DNA of 25,885 nt. It comes from a virus. Its lineage: Duplodnaviria; Caudoviricetes. The translations under genes and the position numbers were made by a program. The first letter of the stretch is position 1. Every line of letters begins with the position of its first letter. The DNA lies in IMG/VR virus record IMGVR_UViG_3300017784_004954, positions 1 through 25,885 of that record. One strand, given 5' to 3'. This document shows positions 17,435-25,885 of this stretch, piece by piece. Under the pieces are notes generated by a model. It was not told the origin of the DNA. It searched no databases and worked only from the letters and a program-made list of their open reading frames with translations.

Positions 17435-19079
17435 GTTCCTCCTTATTTAAAACTTTTTCTGTATTATTTACTTCTTCTGTTTCCCATTGTTCTTTAAAAG
17501 CCTCAAAATAATCAAATAATAATTCATCTATAGTAAGCATCATTTGTTCATTAAGACCAAATAAATCTAAATCATTTTTTGCGTCAGCATAACTTTTATG
17601 TAAAAATGTAGACATTTTATCATTAAGATCTTCTCTAAATTCTAATACTTGACTTTCTGGAATATGATATTCTAATTCTTCTGTATTATCTTCATCATCA
17701 GCAGCTTCAACAGAATTATATTTTTCAATATTTTTTTCCCTTTCTGAATAACCATAAGATGCATTATGAAAAAAGATATTAGACGCTTCTTCTTCTTCTT
17801 TTTCGTTATTAACAATTTTTAATTTAGTAGTAGTAGTATTGTATTTACTAAAATCAAAATCTTTAAAATAATTTAAAAATAAAAGTTTTTCGTCTACTTT
17901 TCTGTTTACATTAGCTCCACATAAAGGTATTACTAAATTTGGTTCTAAACAGTGATAAAAAATACTTGGAACCATTTTTTCAGGTTTACAAAAAAATGTA
18001 TTATCTGAAGAAGACTTAAATTGCCCAATCCATGCTATAGAGCCTTTTAAATAATGGTGATAGTCTTCTAATAAATTTTCATTTTCAAGCAATAATTCTT
18101 CAGTAAAAACTCCCCAATAATAAACATTTGTTGTGCTTTTGTTAAAGAAACAATTTTGTGTAATTATTGTATTATCTACAAAAAAATCACCTAATAACTT
18201 ACCATTTTTAAATATGGTAATCATATGAGATGAATATAAATAACTTTCATGTTCTAATCCATTATATTTAAATAAAACAAAATCTTCATCTAAAATATCT
18301 AAATCAATTGCTCCTCTGTAATAAGCTTCTTTATAAATTTTAACAAATTTATTAGTAAATCTACCCCAGTAACCCTTAAAACTTTGTATATTAACAGTTT
18401 TAGGTACATTAATAATAGGTATAGGTTTAACAGCTTTTTTAATCTTTATATCACAAGATATTACATTACTGCCTTCAATTTTATAAAGCTCTTCTTCTTT
18501 AAATTCTTCTATTTTTGTACAAGAAATCATTTCAAGAGATTCTTTAATTGAAGATATATATACACCTTTATCTATAAAACCATAATATAATGGCCTTTCA
18601 TCATTACGATATATATATAAACTACCAGTTTTTTTATAATACCATACAAGAGCCATTGACCCTATAATTTTAGCTATGTTCTTAGGTTCTAATGTTTTGT
18701 TTAATATAGCAAATAAAGCTTCACTATCAACATTATAATCTGCTGAAGATAATTCAAATTCAGGTAATATTGACCATATATTATCTAATGTACCATTGTG
18801 TAAACCAATTAAATGTTCAAAATCAAAAGGATGAGCATTTTTTAAAATGTTATATCCCGATGTTTTAGACCTTACATGGCCCATGAACTGTTTTTCTGGC
18901 TCAAAATCCATTTTATTTAAAAAGACTTTAGCTTCAGTGATATTCTTGACTACACCTAAAAAAGGTGTAAAAATTCCAGTAGAATCTTTACCTCTCTCTG
19001 TTGCATTCCATAGCATCAAAAGCTTAATCTTATCAGGGTTGAAACTATCTTCACCTGAATATGCTACTATTCCACACAT
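17424..19079 (-). CDS. Class II glutamine amidotransferase (GlmS N-terminal-like) with long C-terminal region
   Basis: MCGIV, RGKDSTG, GHVR, NAHPF, HNGTL, VDSE, RNDERPLY; no SIS domain recognised. Confidence 0.88.
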   Translation of the reverse strand: MCGIVAYSGEDSFNPDKIKLLMLWNATERGKDSTGIFTPFLGVVKNITEAKVFLNKMDFEPEKQFMGHVRSKTSGYNILKNAHPFDFEHLIGLHNGTLDNIWSILPEFELSSADYNVDSEALFAILNKTLEPKNIAKIIGSMALVWYYKKTGSLYIYRNDERPLYYGFIDKGVYISSIKESLEMISCTKIEEFKEEELYKIEGSNVISCDIKIKKAVKPIPIINVPKTVNIQSFKGYWGRFTNKFVKIYKEAYYRGAIDLDILDEDFVLFKYNGLEHESYLYSSHMITIFKNGKLLGDFFVDNTIITQNCFFNKSTTNVYYWGVFTEELLLENENLLEDYHHYLKGSIAWIGQFKSSSDNTFFCKPEKMVPSIFYHCLEPNLVIPLCGANVNRKVDEKLLFLNYFKDFDFSKYNTTTTKLKIVNNEKEEEEASNIFFHNASYGYSEREKNIEKYNSVEAADDEDNTEELEYHIPESQVLEFREDLNDKMSTFLHKSYADAKNDLDLFGLNEQMMLTIDELLFDYFEAFKEQWETEEVNNTEKVLNKEEHAN

Positions 19080-19855
19080 ATTAAGTTATATTGGTTTATT
19101 AGTTGTTGAGCTAATTCTTTATTTTGTGTATTAATACACTCTACTATTTTTTTGCCTGTTTTTTTATCTATAGTATTATTTGAATTAATAAAATTAACCA
19201 TTAGTTGTAATTGATCATAGACCCAACCAATAAGTTCATTATTATGAATCCAGAAATTACTTAAGCATCTAGCCTCACATCCAAAAGATGTAAATCTAAA
19301 TTCTCCAGCACGACCATATAATTTTCTTCTATTTGTATCAGTATCAATTAAAATACTTGGTACAGTTAAAAATAAATCAAAAGCTTTAATAATTTCTATA
19401 GAAGTTTCCATAGTTGGATTATTATAACCTAGATGGACATGACCTCCTACTGATCTCCAGTTAGATTTCCCATCTGGGGAACCATTTACAGACTCTGTCC
19501 AAGCACAAAATGAGGCGCTACAGCCTAATATTCTAGCTTCTGGTGGTAAGTGCTTATCTAAAATTTCTTCAGACACTTTTTTACTAATTACTAACCCTTT
19601 AGGTTTAGCAATAGTACTAGTAGTATAATCTTTAATAAAAGTAATATTATTGATTAACTCTTCTTTAGTTTTTGATGGTGGTAAATTATATTCTAAAGCA
19701 ATACCATCAATTTGAATTGCGTGACCATCTTTACTTATAAGTTCAGGTTTTTCTTTTGTACCAGAACAAAATCCGATACAAGAGACTACTTCTCCATTAG
19801 GAGTTTCCAAGAATAATTCTGGGTCTGAGCCTATTGTTAAATTTTCAATTTTCAT
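19067..19855 (-). CDS. phiEco32-like COOH-NH2 ligase type 2
   Basis: IGSDPELFL, GTKEKP, RSVGGHVHLGY, RRKLYGRAGEFR, EARCLSNFW. Confidence 0.88.
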   Translation of the reverse strand: MKIENLTIGSDPELFLETPNGEVVSCIGFCSGTKEKPELISKDGHAIQIDGIALEYNLPPSKTKEELINNITFIKDYTTSTIAKPKGLVISKKVSEEILDKHLPPEARILGCSASFCAWTESVNGSPDGKSNWRSVGGHVHLGYNNPTMETSIEIIKAFDLFLTVPSILIDTDTNRRKLYGRAGEFRFTSFGCEARCLSNFWIHNNELIGWVYDQLQLMVNFINSNNTIDKKTGKKIVECINTQNKELAQQLINQYNLICVE

Positions 19856-19856
19856 A

Positions 19857-20720
19857 TTAAATTATAAATTTTTCTATTGCTTTTTTTATTAATACTTTAG
19901 GTATTTCAATTAAGTATTTTTCAGTAGTTACCAAGCCAAATGATGGGGCACTACAACTTTCTAAAATAATCCATTTAGGATTAGTTCTTCTTGTACCTTT
20001 AGAAGTTTTATTAGATTGTACTTTAACATCAAAAGCAAGTATATCTGCTTTCATTGCATTCATTGCTTTTAAACAATCTTCAACTATATCATTCCAGTTG
20101 TCTGGTTTATCAAACATTGGATTTGTTTCTAAAATCCATGAGCAATTTTCATCATGGCGTTGTTTTCTTTCTGCTTCAGGTGTGTCATTTTTTAACATTT
20201 TTCTACAAGTATAGAAGCAATGTCCTAACATACTTACATGAAGACGGTATTCTACATTAAAATTATAGTATTTTTCAATAATATAATTAGACAATGTTTT
20301 ACCAGGAATCCATGCTGTAAGTTCTGCTTGTGAACTAATATAATAATTAGATTCACCTCTTGAACCATGAATATGTTTAACTATTACAGGGTAAGGCAAT
20401 TCAGAAATATCTGTGTCTGCAAATAAAAACATATCAGCTGTTTTACAATCTGCATCTTTAAGAATTTGCTGAGTAAGTCTTTTATTACCACTCTTCATAG
20501 CTACATCAACTGTATTTAATTCAACTACTTTTGCTTTCTGTGAAGATGTTTTTCTAGGAAAAGCATCATCTATAGTTGTAGTTGAACCTAATCTTACAAT
20601 AGATCTAAACGGTAATAGGCTCAGATTTCTTTTTAACCCTGCGTGTGATGGGTGCTTTGTTCTTATTTTTGGGCGAAATGCTGTTAGTTTTTTCTTTTTC
20701 AATTTTGATAATACGATCAT
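19857..20720 (-). CDS. ATP-grasp ligase (RimK-like)
   Basis: VRLGSTT, NK..T, YPVIVK..GSRG, IIEKY, EYRLHV, AFDV, ILESCSAPS. Confidence 0.85.
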   Translation of the reverse strand: MIVLSKLKKKKLTAFRPKIRTKHPSHAGLKRNLSLLPFRSIVRLGSTTTIDDAFPRKTSSQKAKVVELNTVDVAMKSGNKRLTQQILKDADCKTADMFLFADTDISELPYPVIVKHIHGSRGESNYYISSQAELTAWIPGKTLSNYIIEKYYNFNVEYRLHVSMLGHCFYTCRKMLKNDTPEAERKQRHDENCSWILETNPMFDKPDNWNDIVEDCLKAMNAMKADILAFDVKVQSNKTSKGTRRTNPKWIILESCSAPSFGLVTTEKYLIEIPKVLIKKAIEKFII

Positions 20721-21483
20721 CTATTTGTTGTTTAAATTTTAATTGTTTTTTAAATGTAGTAGATATTCCCGAATCATTGTGAATACTTTCTGAACTATAT
20801 TCAAAATCTTCGTAAGTCTTTTCAGGTACTGGTATTTCACCATAATATAATAATGAAAACAAGTTTTGTGAAGACTTAATTAAGTAAATACTATCACAAG
20901 ATACTGATTTACTATTTATAAATAGCTTATCTAACATAGTATTAAAATTATAATCAGGAAATTCTTTTACATCTAATTCAATAATAGCTCTACATAAAGT
21001 AAAATAAAAACTGACAAGATAAGGATATTTAACCCATTCTATAGGTATATTTAATATAAATCCTTCTGGATTATCAGTATATTCTGTTGATTCTGCTATA
21101 TTACAATAATTTACTGTAGTTAAAGTTTTAAATTTTAGATTTTTTTCTAAATTATTAAAAATAGAAATAATAATATCAGCTTTATCTTTTATTGGGACTT
21201 TAAAACCATAATTTTTATAATAGACAGATTCAAAACAACATATCCTTAATGTGTCTACATCTTTAAATAACCCTTGATATGTCCAAGGTAACCCATAAAT
21301 AGGGTTAATCATACTTATAGTACTAAGTTCAACTTTACATATTTCTTGAAAATAATCTTTACACATAAAAGGTGCGTGTAAACTATTATTGTTTTTATCT
21401 ATTAATAAAAAATAGTTAATTTTAGATAGTTGTAAAAGTTTGTAATCGTACTTCTTTATTTTTACTGTTTGTATTTTCGACAT
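20605..21483 (-). CDS. Hypothetical protein within the amidoligase cluster
   Basis: 292-aa ORF with a CKDYFQE motif, overlapping both neighbours. Confidence 0.7.
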   Translation of the reverse strand: MSKIQTVKIKKYDYKLLQLSKINYFLLIDKNNNSLHAPFMCKDYFQEICKVELSTISMINPIYGLPWTYQGLFKDVDTLRICCFESVYYKNYGFKVPIKDKADIIISIFNNLEKNLKFKTLTTVNYCNIAESTEYTDNPEGFILNIPIEWVKYPYLVSFYFTLCRAIIELDVKEFPDYNFNTMLDKLFINSKSVSCDSIYLIKSSQNLFSLLYYGEIPVPEKTYEDFEYSSESIHNDSGISTTFKKQLKFKQQIDDRIIKIEKEKTNSISPKNKNKAPITRRVKKKSEPITV

Positions 21484-21850
21484 TATTTATTAAATTTTGT
21501 TCTTCAACTTTACCATTATATAAATATAATTCACAATTTTTATTACCTACTATTTTCATTAGTGGTATAAAATCTGAATGTTCAATTACCCCTTTAATAT
21601 AATCATATAAAGTATCAGATACTTCTATAAGATCACCATTAATATGATCTTCTTGTTTTTCTGTATATTTACATGCAACCCAATTATGAAAGGTATCATC
21701 TTCAGGATCTTTTACTTTATAAAGTTTAAAACCATTTAAACCTATTGTTGAAACATAATTAATCTGATTAGACCACAATAAATTATGTTTTAACTCTTGG
21801 TACCAGGACTCACCTAATCTAAGTGATCCATAAGCTATTATATAGTTCAT
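21422..21850 (-). CDS. Gamma-glutamylcyclotransferase (AIG2/GGCT-like)
   Basis: N-terminal IAYGSLR, GFKLY, INGDLIEV and C-terminal LYLY; context in the ligase cluster. Confidence 0.75.
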   Translation of the reverse strand: MNYIIAYGSLRLGESWYQELKHNLLWSNQINYVSTIGLNGFKLYKVKDPEDDTFHNWVACKYTEKQEDHINGDLIEVSDTLYDYIKGVIEHSDFIPLMKIVGNKNCELYLYNGKVEEQNLINNVENTNSKNKEVRLQTFTTI

Positions 21851-22503
21851 ATTACTTTAAAATGTTTAGTTCTTATTTTATATGTGTTCATAGATCTATC
21901 TATTATTTCAACTACTATTGGTTTTTTATTATATTGACAACTTGTTATAATTCTACATACAGAGTATTTTTCATTACTAACAAGGTTTCTGTAACCTCTA
22001 ATATGTTTTTCACTTTTAGGTTTTACTATACTGCCATTTTTAAAAGACCTATCTTTAGGCATAGTATAATTATCAAAATCTGGTATACAAAATTCAAGGT
22101 CTTCTTCACAGAATTTAATATAACCATTTTTTTCTTTACTAAAAATCATAAAAGTATGTCCTAAATAACCTTTTTTAGGTTTATCTTCTATACCTTCATA
22201 AGTATATTTATTTGTTTTAGTGCCTAATAAAGACTCTTTATAACTTCTAAAACCATGTACTTTTGATGATAAATCACAACTTTTAATTTTAATCTGTATA
22301 TTAGGGCTTAAAATATTTCTTACAAAAGAAGTATCTTTTATTTTTTGTTCAAGTGTTTTACATCCATTAGAATCAAAAAACTTACTTTGCATTAAAGGTG
22401 ACCAGCTTTTTTTTTCTTTACTAAGTATATATAAACCACCAACTTTATTACTAACTATAAAATCGTTATAATAAATACTTATTTTTAATTCTGTTAATCT
22501 CAT
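21847..22503 (-). CDS. Hypothetical protein (218 aa)
   Basis: Basic ORF with ATGA overlap into the GGCT gene; possible SH3/KOW-like C-terminus. Confidence 0.7.
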   Translation of the reverse strand: MRLTELKISIYYNDFIVSNKVGGLYILSKEKKSWSPLMQSKFFDSNGCKTLEQKIKDTSFVRNILSPNIQIKIKSCDLSSKVHGFRSYKESLLGTKTNKYTYEGIEDKPKKGYLGHTFMIFSKEKNGYIKFCEEDLEFCIPDFDNYTMPKDRSFKNGSIVKPKSEKHIRGYRNLVSNEKYSVCRIITSCQYNKKPIVVEIIDRSMNTYKIRTKHFKVI

Positions 22504-22512
22504 TTTAATTAA

Positions 22513-24429
22513 TTATTTACTCCAACAATCTGTAATTGTTATATCTACCTCCATTCTAACTTTGGTAACATATTTATTACCACAATCTATCATTATTTTA
22601 GCCATATCTTTAGAAAATTGATCTGCTAAATCTTCTTTTACTTCTACATCTATAGCATCATGCACTGTACATATTAAATATGCTACATCTAATGTATAGT
22701 TTGAATTATATTTTTTTATAAGGTTTCTTATCTCTATAAGAGCCTCTTTAGTAATATCTGCTCCAGAACCCTGTATTGGGGAATTTCCACCATTTCTTTC
22801 AACTTGACCTTCAATAGTTAGTATTTGTTTCCATAATGCTTTAGCTTCTAAACTACCTTTTTCATATTTATCAATATTTTTACGTAAGTTTTTAGCTTCT
22901 TGCATTTCAGGATACCATCTTCTTCTTTTACAAGGAGAAAAAGTAACAGAATACATATTTTTTTTAGCAAGTTGAGATTGTTTTTTTAGCCAATTGTTTA
23001 ATACTGGAAAAGCTTTACCATACTCCTCAAAAAGATTATTTGCTTCTTCAAGTGATATACTTAATGTATCAGCTAATTTAGGTGGTCCCATACCATATGG
23101 TTTACCAAAATTAATTGTTTTAGCTTTATTACGTAAATCTTTATCAGCTTTAGTAATAGTTTTTTTAAACATCATAGAGCCTGCATAACAATGCAAATCC
23201 TCACCCCTGTTTAAAACATCAATAAAACCCTCTTCTCCACTAGCATCAGCCATTAATCTTAATTCCTGACCTGAATAATCAATAGAAACCCATTTAAAAC
23301 CTTTTTTAACTTTAAAACAGTTTCTGAATTTATTATCAGCTGGAATATTCTGTAGATTAGGAGCATTATCAAATTTACTACCACTACTAACTCTACCAGT
23401 AGCTAATACAGACCAAAAAGATGTATGTACTTTACCAGTAGTTTTATTAATATATTTAAGAAAACCTTCTCCATAAGTAGAGATTACCTTACTTAACTCA
23501 CGAAAGTTGATTAAAGAGGCAAAAAAAGGGTGTTTTGAGGCTATTTTCTGTAGTTCCCTGTCTCCAGTAGATTCTAAGTTATAACCTAGTTGTTTAAATA
23601 TAGTTTCCATTTGTTTTGGAGAGCTATAATTAATTTTAAGTTCCCTTTCTTTAAAATCAAACAAATTAGTTTGAATTACTTTAGGTTTATATATAGAACT
23701 TAATATAGAATCAGTTATTATTATATTATCTAATAATATTTGAGTATCATCAAGTTCTTTTTGAGTTTTTGATGTATTATATTCCCATTGACTTGCATCA
23801 AGATACATACCATTATATTCAATATCTGCTAAAGCTTTAAAAGCTTCATTTTCAAGATTAACACAATATGTTAAATCATATTCTTTAATTAATTCTTCTT
23901 GTTTATTTTTTATAAGACTTAAATATGCTACATCTAATGCTGCATATTCAATTTGTTTGGCTGTAAATGGTTGCCCCTCTAATTTAAAAAATTCTTGTCT
24001 TGTAGTTTTGTCTAAATTAATATCTAAATACCTTTTACATAGATTGTTTAAAGCATATCCAAATTTTTCATAGCCACAATAAATAACACATTCTGCAAGC
24101 ATTGTATCATACACATGTTCTATAATAATATTTGCTTTTTTAAAGAATTTATAATCAAATTTTGCATTATGTAATATAAGATTTTTATTTTCAAGAAGTT
24201 CTTTAAATAATAATATATCAATAAACCTTACATCTATTACATATTGATTAAATGTATCACCTAGTTGAAGGGAAAAAATCTTCTTAGTATGAGGATCTTT
24301 TCCCCCAGTTTCAGTATCTACTTCTATCCAATCTTTATCTTTAAAGTAATTTAAACAAGTTTCTACATCACATGTTTTATAAAGAATGCTATTTTCAACT
24401 AATTCATTATTACCTATAAAATATATCAT
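22513..24429 (-). CDS. polA: DNA polymerase family A with 3'-5' exonuclease
   Basis: Exonuclease motifs VDTET, HNAKFD, YAALD; TGRVSS, PNLQNIP; motif A DYSGQELR; motif B RNKAKTINFGKPYG; NSPIQGSGAD; motif C VHDA. Confidence 0.95.
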   Translation of the reverse strand: MIYFIGNNELVENSILYKTCDVETCLNYFKDKDWIEVDTETGGKDPHTKKIFSLQLGDTFNQYVIDVRFIDILLFKELLENKNLILHNAKFDYKFFKKANIIIEHVYDTMLAECVIYCGYEKFGYALNNLCKRYLDINLDKTTRQEFFKLEGQPFTAKQIEYAALDVAYLSLIKNKQEELIKEYDLTYCVNLENEAFKALADIEYNGMYLDASQWEYNTSKTQKELDDTQILLDNIIITDSILSSIYKPKVIQTNLFDFKERELKINYSSPKQMETIFKQLGYNLESTGDRELQKIASKHPFFASLINFRELSKVISTYGEGFLKYINKTTGKVHTSFWSVLATGRVSSGSKFDNAPNLQNIPADNKFRNCFKVKKGFKWVSIDYSGQELRLMADASGEEGFIDVLNRGEDLHCYAGSMMFKKTITKADKDLRNKAKTINFGKPYGMGPPKLADTLSISLEEANNLFEEYGKAFPVLNNWLKKQSQLAKKNMYSVTFSPCKRRRWYPEMQEAKNLRKNIDKYEKGSLEAKALWKQILTIEGQVERNGGNSPIQGSGADITKEALIEIRNLIKKYNSNYTLDVAYLICTVHDAIDVEVKEDLADQFSKDMAKIMIDCGNKYVTKVRMEVDITITDCWSK

Positions 24430-24962
24430 GCTTTCATTAAATTAGTATAAGCAATATAATCTTCTTCTGAAAGAATTTCTTTACCTTTTTCTTTCATTAA
24501 TTCAATAATTTGCTTATATAGATTTTGTTTTTCTATATCTTTTTTTTGTGCTACTTTATTATTTAATATTATTTTATCCCAAGATTCAATGTCTTTTTGA
24601 AGCTTTTCAATTCTTTTTATATAATTTTCAATAGTATTGCTTGTATATAATAAAGGATAAGCAATATCCATAGAGTATATATTATTACCTATATCTGATC
24701 CAGGACTATCACAACCAAATAGTTTAAGGTCATAAGAATAGTTAGGTAAAAACTCAGATTTTTCAATAGTTATATCTGCAGTTTCAGGTATTGTAAGGTA
24801 ATTATGATAAGAATGGCTATTATGATTATCAATAATAAAAAATTTATAACCTTTTAATTCTTTTTTTAAAATATCTTTTACTCTATTTAAATGACCATGA
24901 GTAAGAATTTCTACGTCAAGTCTTTCTAATATAAAATCTCTTAATGTGGTTTGCTCGCTCAT
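24426..24962 (-). CDS. Hypothetical protein (178 aa)
   Basis: ATGA-coupled to neighbours; C-terminal coiled coil. Confidence 0.7.
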   Translation of the reverse strand: MSEQTTLRDFILERLDVEILTHGHLNRVKDILKKELKGYKFFIIDNHNSHSYHNYLTIPETADITIEKSEFLPNYSYDLKLFGCDSPGSDIGNNIYSMDIAYPLLYTSNTIENYIKRIEKLQKDIESWDKIILNNKVAQKKDIEKQNLYKQIIELMKEKGKEILSEEDYIAYTNLMKA

Positions 24963-25234
24963 TTTTCTGTTATTTTATCTTGAATATTATTTTTAGCTGT
25001 ATTAACAGCATCTTCAATCTTGTAATTTAAAGCCATTTGTAGGGCTTTAGAGCGTATATAACCTATATGTTTACCATTTTGTACTAATCTAGCAAACCTA
25101 CTTAAAACAGGATAAGATTTAGTTATAAACCTATTAAAAGAAGCTCTAAATAAATTAATCCTGTGTTTTAACTCTTTAGCTCTGCCTTCAATCTTTTTAT
25201 GTTTATTGTAATTTGTTGCTTTATTTTGTGTCAT
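24959..25234 (-). CDS. Hypothetical basic protein (91 aa)
   Basis: ORF in a tightly packed operon. Confidence 0.65.
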   Translation of the reverse strand: MTQNKATNYNKHKKIEGRAKELKHRINLFRASFNRFITKSYPVLSRFARLVQNGKHIGYIRSKALQMALNYKIEDAVNTAKNNIQDKITEK

Positions 25235-25235
25235 A

Positions 25236-25508
25236 TTAAGGTTTAAGGTTTTTAGTTATATTTATAGCTTTATAAATACCATCTAAAAGATCTTCATAAG
25301 CTATATCATTAAAAGTATACTTAGTAAGCTCTTTTAAAAGTCTGTTTTTAAAATCTTCAACACCTTCTAAATAAGCATGTTCTCCACGTATATTACTCCT
25401 TTTTAAAGCTTGGTTTTTCCAACTATTTATTTTTGTAGTTATCTGTTTTTCTAATGGACCGCAGTCGCAAGTTATGGTGTGCCCACAATAGCATTTAATT
25501 TCTGTCAT
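25236..25508 (-). CDS. Hypothetical protein (90 aa) with N-terminal CxCxHxxxCxC
   Basis: KCYCGHTITCDCG, a possible metal-binding motif. Confidence 0.65.
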   Translation of the reverse strand: MTEIKCYCGHTITCDCGPLEKQITTKINSWKNQALKRSNIRGEHAYLEGVEDFKNRLLKELTKYTFNDIAYEDLLDGIYKAINITKNLKP

Positions 25509-25509
25509 A

Positions 25510-25686
25510 TTAGTCTTGTTTCTTTAGTGAGTTGATAAGTTCTTTTGCAAGCAATACTATACTATTTATTTGTTGAGCCATATCTTGTTGGCATTGATTA
25601 TAACCTTCAAAATAAGCATCTTCATTGTAGGGTTGTTTATCCCAATATTTTTTAGCTAACTGCTCTATTTCTTCTTGTGTTTTCAT
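25510..25686 (-). CDS. Small hypothetical protein (58 aa; not in ORF track)
   Basis: Manual translation MKTQEEIEQLAKKYWDKQPYNEDAYFEGYNQCQQDMAQQINSIVLLAKELINSLKKQD*; ATGA overlap with the upstream gene. Confidence 0.7.
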   Translation of the reverse strand: MKTQEEIEQLAKKYWDKQPYNEDAYFEGYNQCQQDMAQQINSIVLLAKELINSLKKQD

Positions 25687-25885
25687 ATTTTAAATATATT
25701 TCCGTGACTACTTAATTTCCCAAATTTACCATCAGTCACTACACTTCCATTACTATAAATTATATCATGATTTGATAGTTTCATTGTTCCAGCATTGATA
25801 ATGTCATCATTGTTGTGAATGTGTCCAAACAAACATAGTTTAGGTTTTAAAAGATACATACGTTTTCTTAATGCCTCATCACCAC
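25683..25885 (-). CDS. Calcineurin-like metallophosphoesterase, C-terminal part (5' end outside window)
   Basis: Manual translation GDEALRKRMYLLKPKLCLFGHIHNN...YSNGSVV...FKI*, containing the GHxH motif. Confidence 0.75.
   Translation of the reverse strand, partial: GDEALRKRMYLLKPKLCLFGHIHNNDDIINAGTMKLSNHDIIYSNGSVVTDGKFGKLSSHGNIFKI

Noticed and set aside
3798-23188. Short + strand ORFs at 3798, 4766, 7486, 10478, 11415, 18847, 20054, 21823 and 22994
   Set aside because: All are antisense to well-supported - strand genes, with F/L/I/S-rich shadow composition and no motifs.
1-25885. Stop-codon reassignment (TAG or TGA), known in some crAss-like phages
   Set aside because: Long genes are intact in the standard code, and TAA, TGA (4271) and TAG (7562) all end genes at junctions with the next gene.

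Overview
Very AT-rich fragment of a phage genome, most likely a crAss-like (Crassvirales) phage of a Bacteroidota host; this is inferred from gene content and order and from A-rich leaders without Shine-Dalgarno sequences. The left ~3.3 kb is the 3' end of a large + strand gene, probably a virion/ejection protein. It converges at a terminator with a ~22.5 kb tightly packed - strand block. In transcription order that block holds: a partial metallophosphoesterase, small ORFs, a family A DNA polymerase, a seven-gene phiEco32-like peptide-ligase cluster (GGCT, unknown, ATP-grasp, COOH-NH2 ligase, GATase II, amidoligase, GATase II), a ~410 nt non-coding gap, a replication module (initiator-like protein, DnaB-like helicase, Sak4-like ATPase, SSB-like protein, primase), a HAD-like protein, a DUF1064-type endonuclease, a PD-(D/E)XK exonuclease, a class II ribonucleotide reductase, an RNase H-like exonuclease and a WYL_2-like SH3 protein. 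The best-supported hidden feature is a 716-nt group I intron (8730-9445, -) splitting the DUF1064 gene, whose L6 loop carries a 146-aa ORF with no recognisable homing-endonuclease motif. Also notable are a candidate ~320-nt multi-branch RNA upstream of the replication module and a terminator inside the first codons of the primase ORF. All family assignments come from motif recognition by eye; no searches were run.
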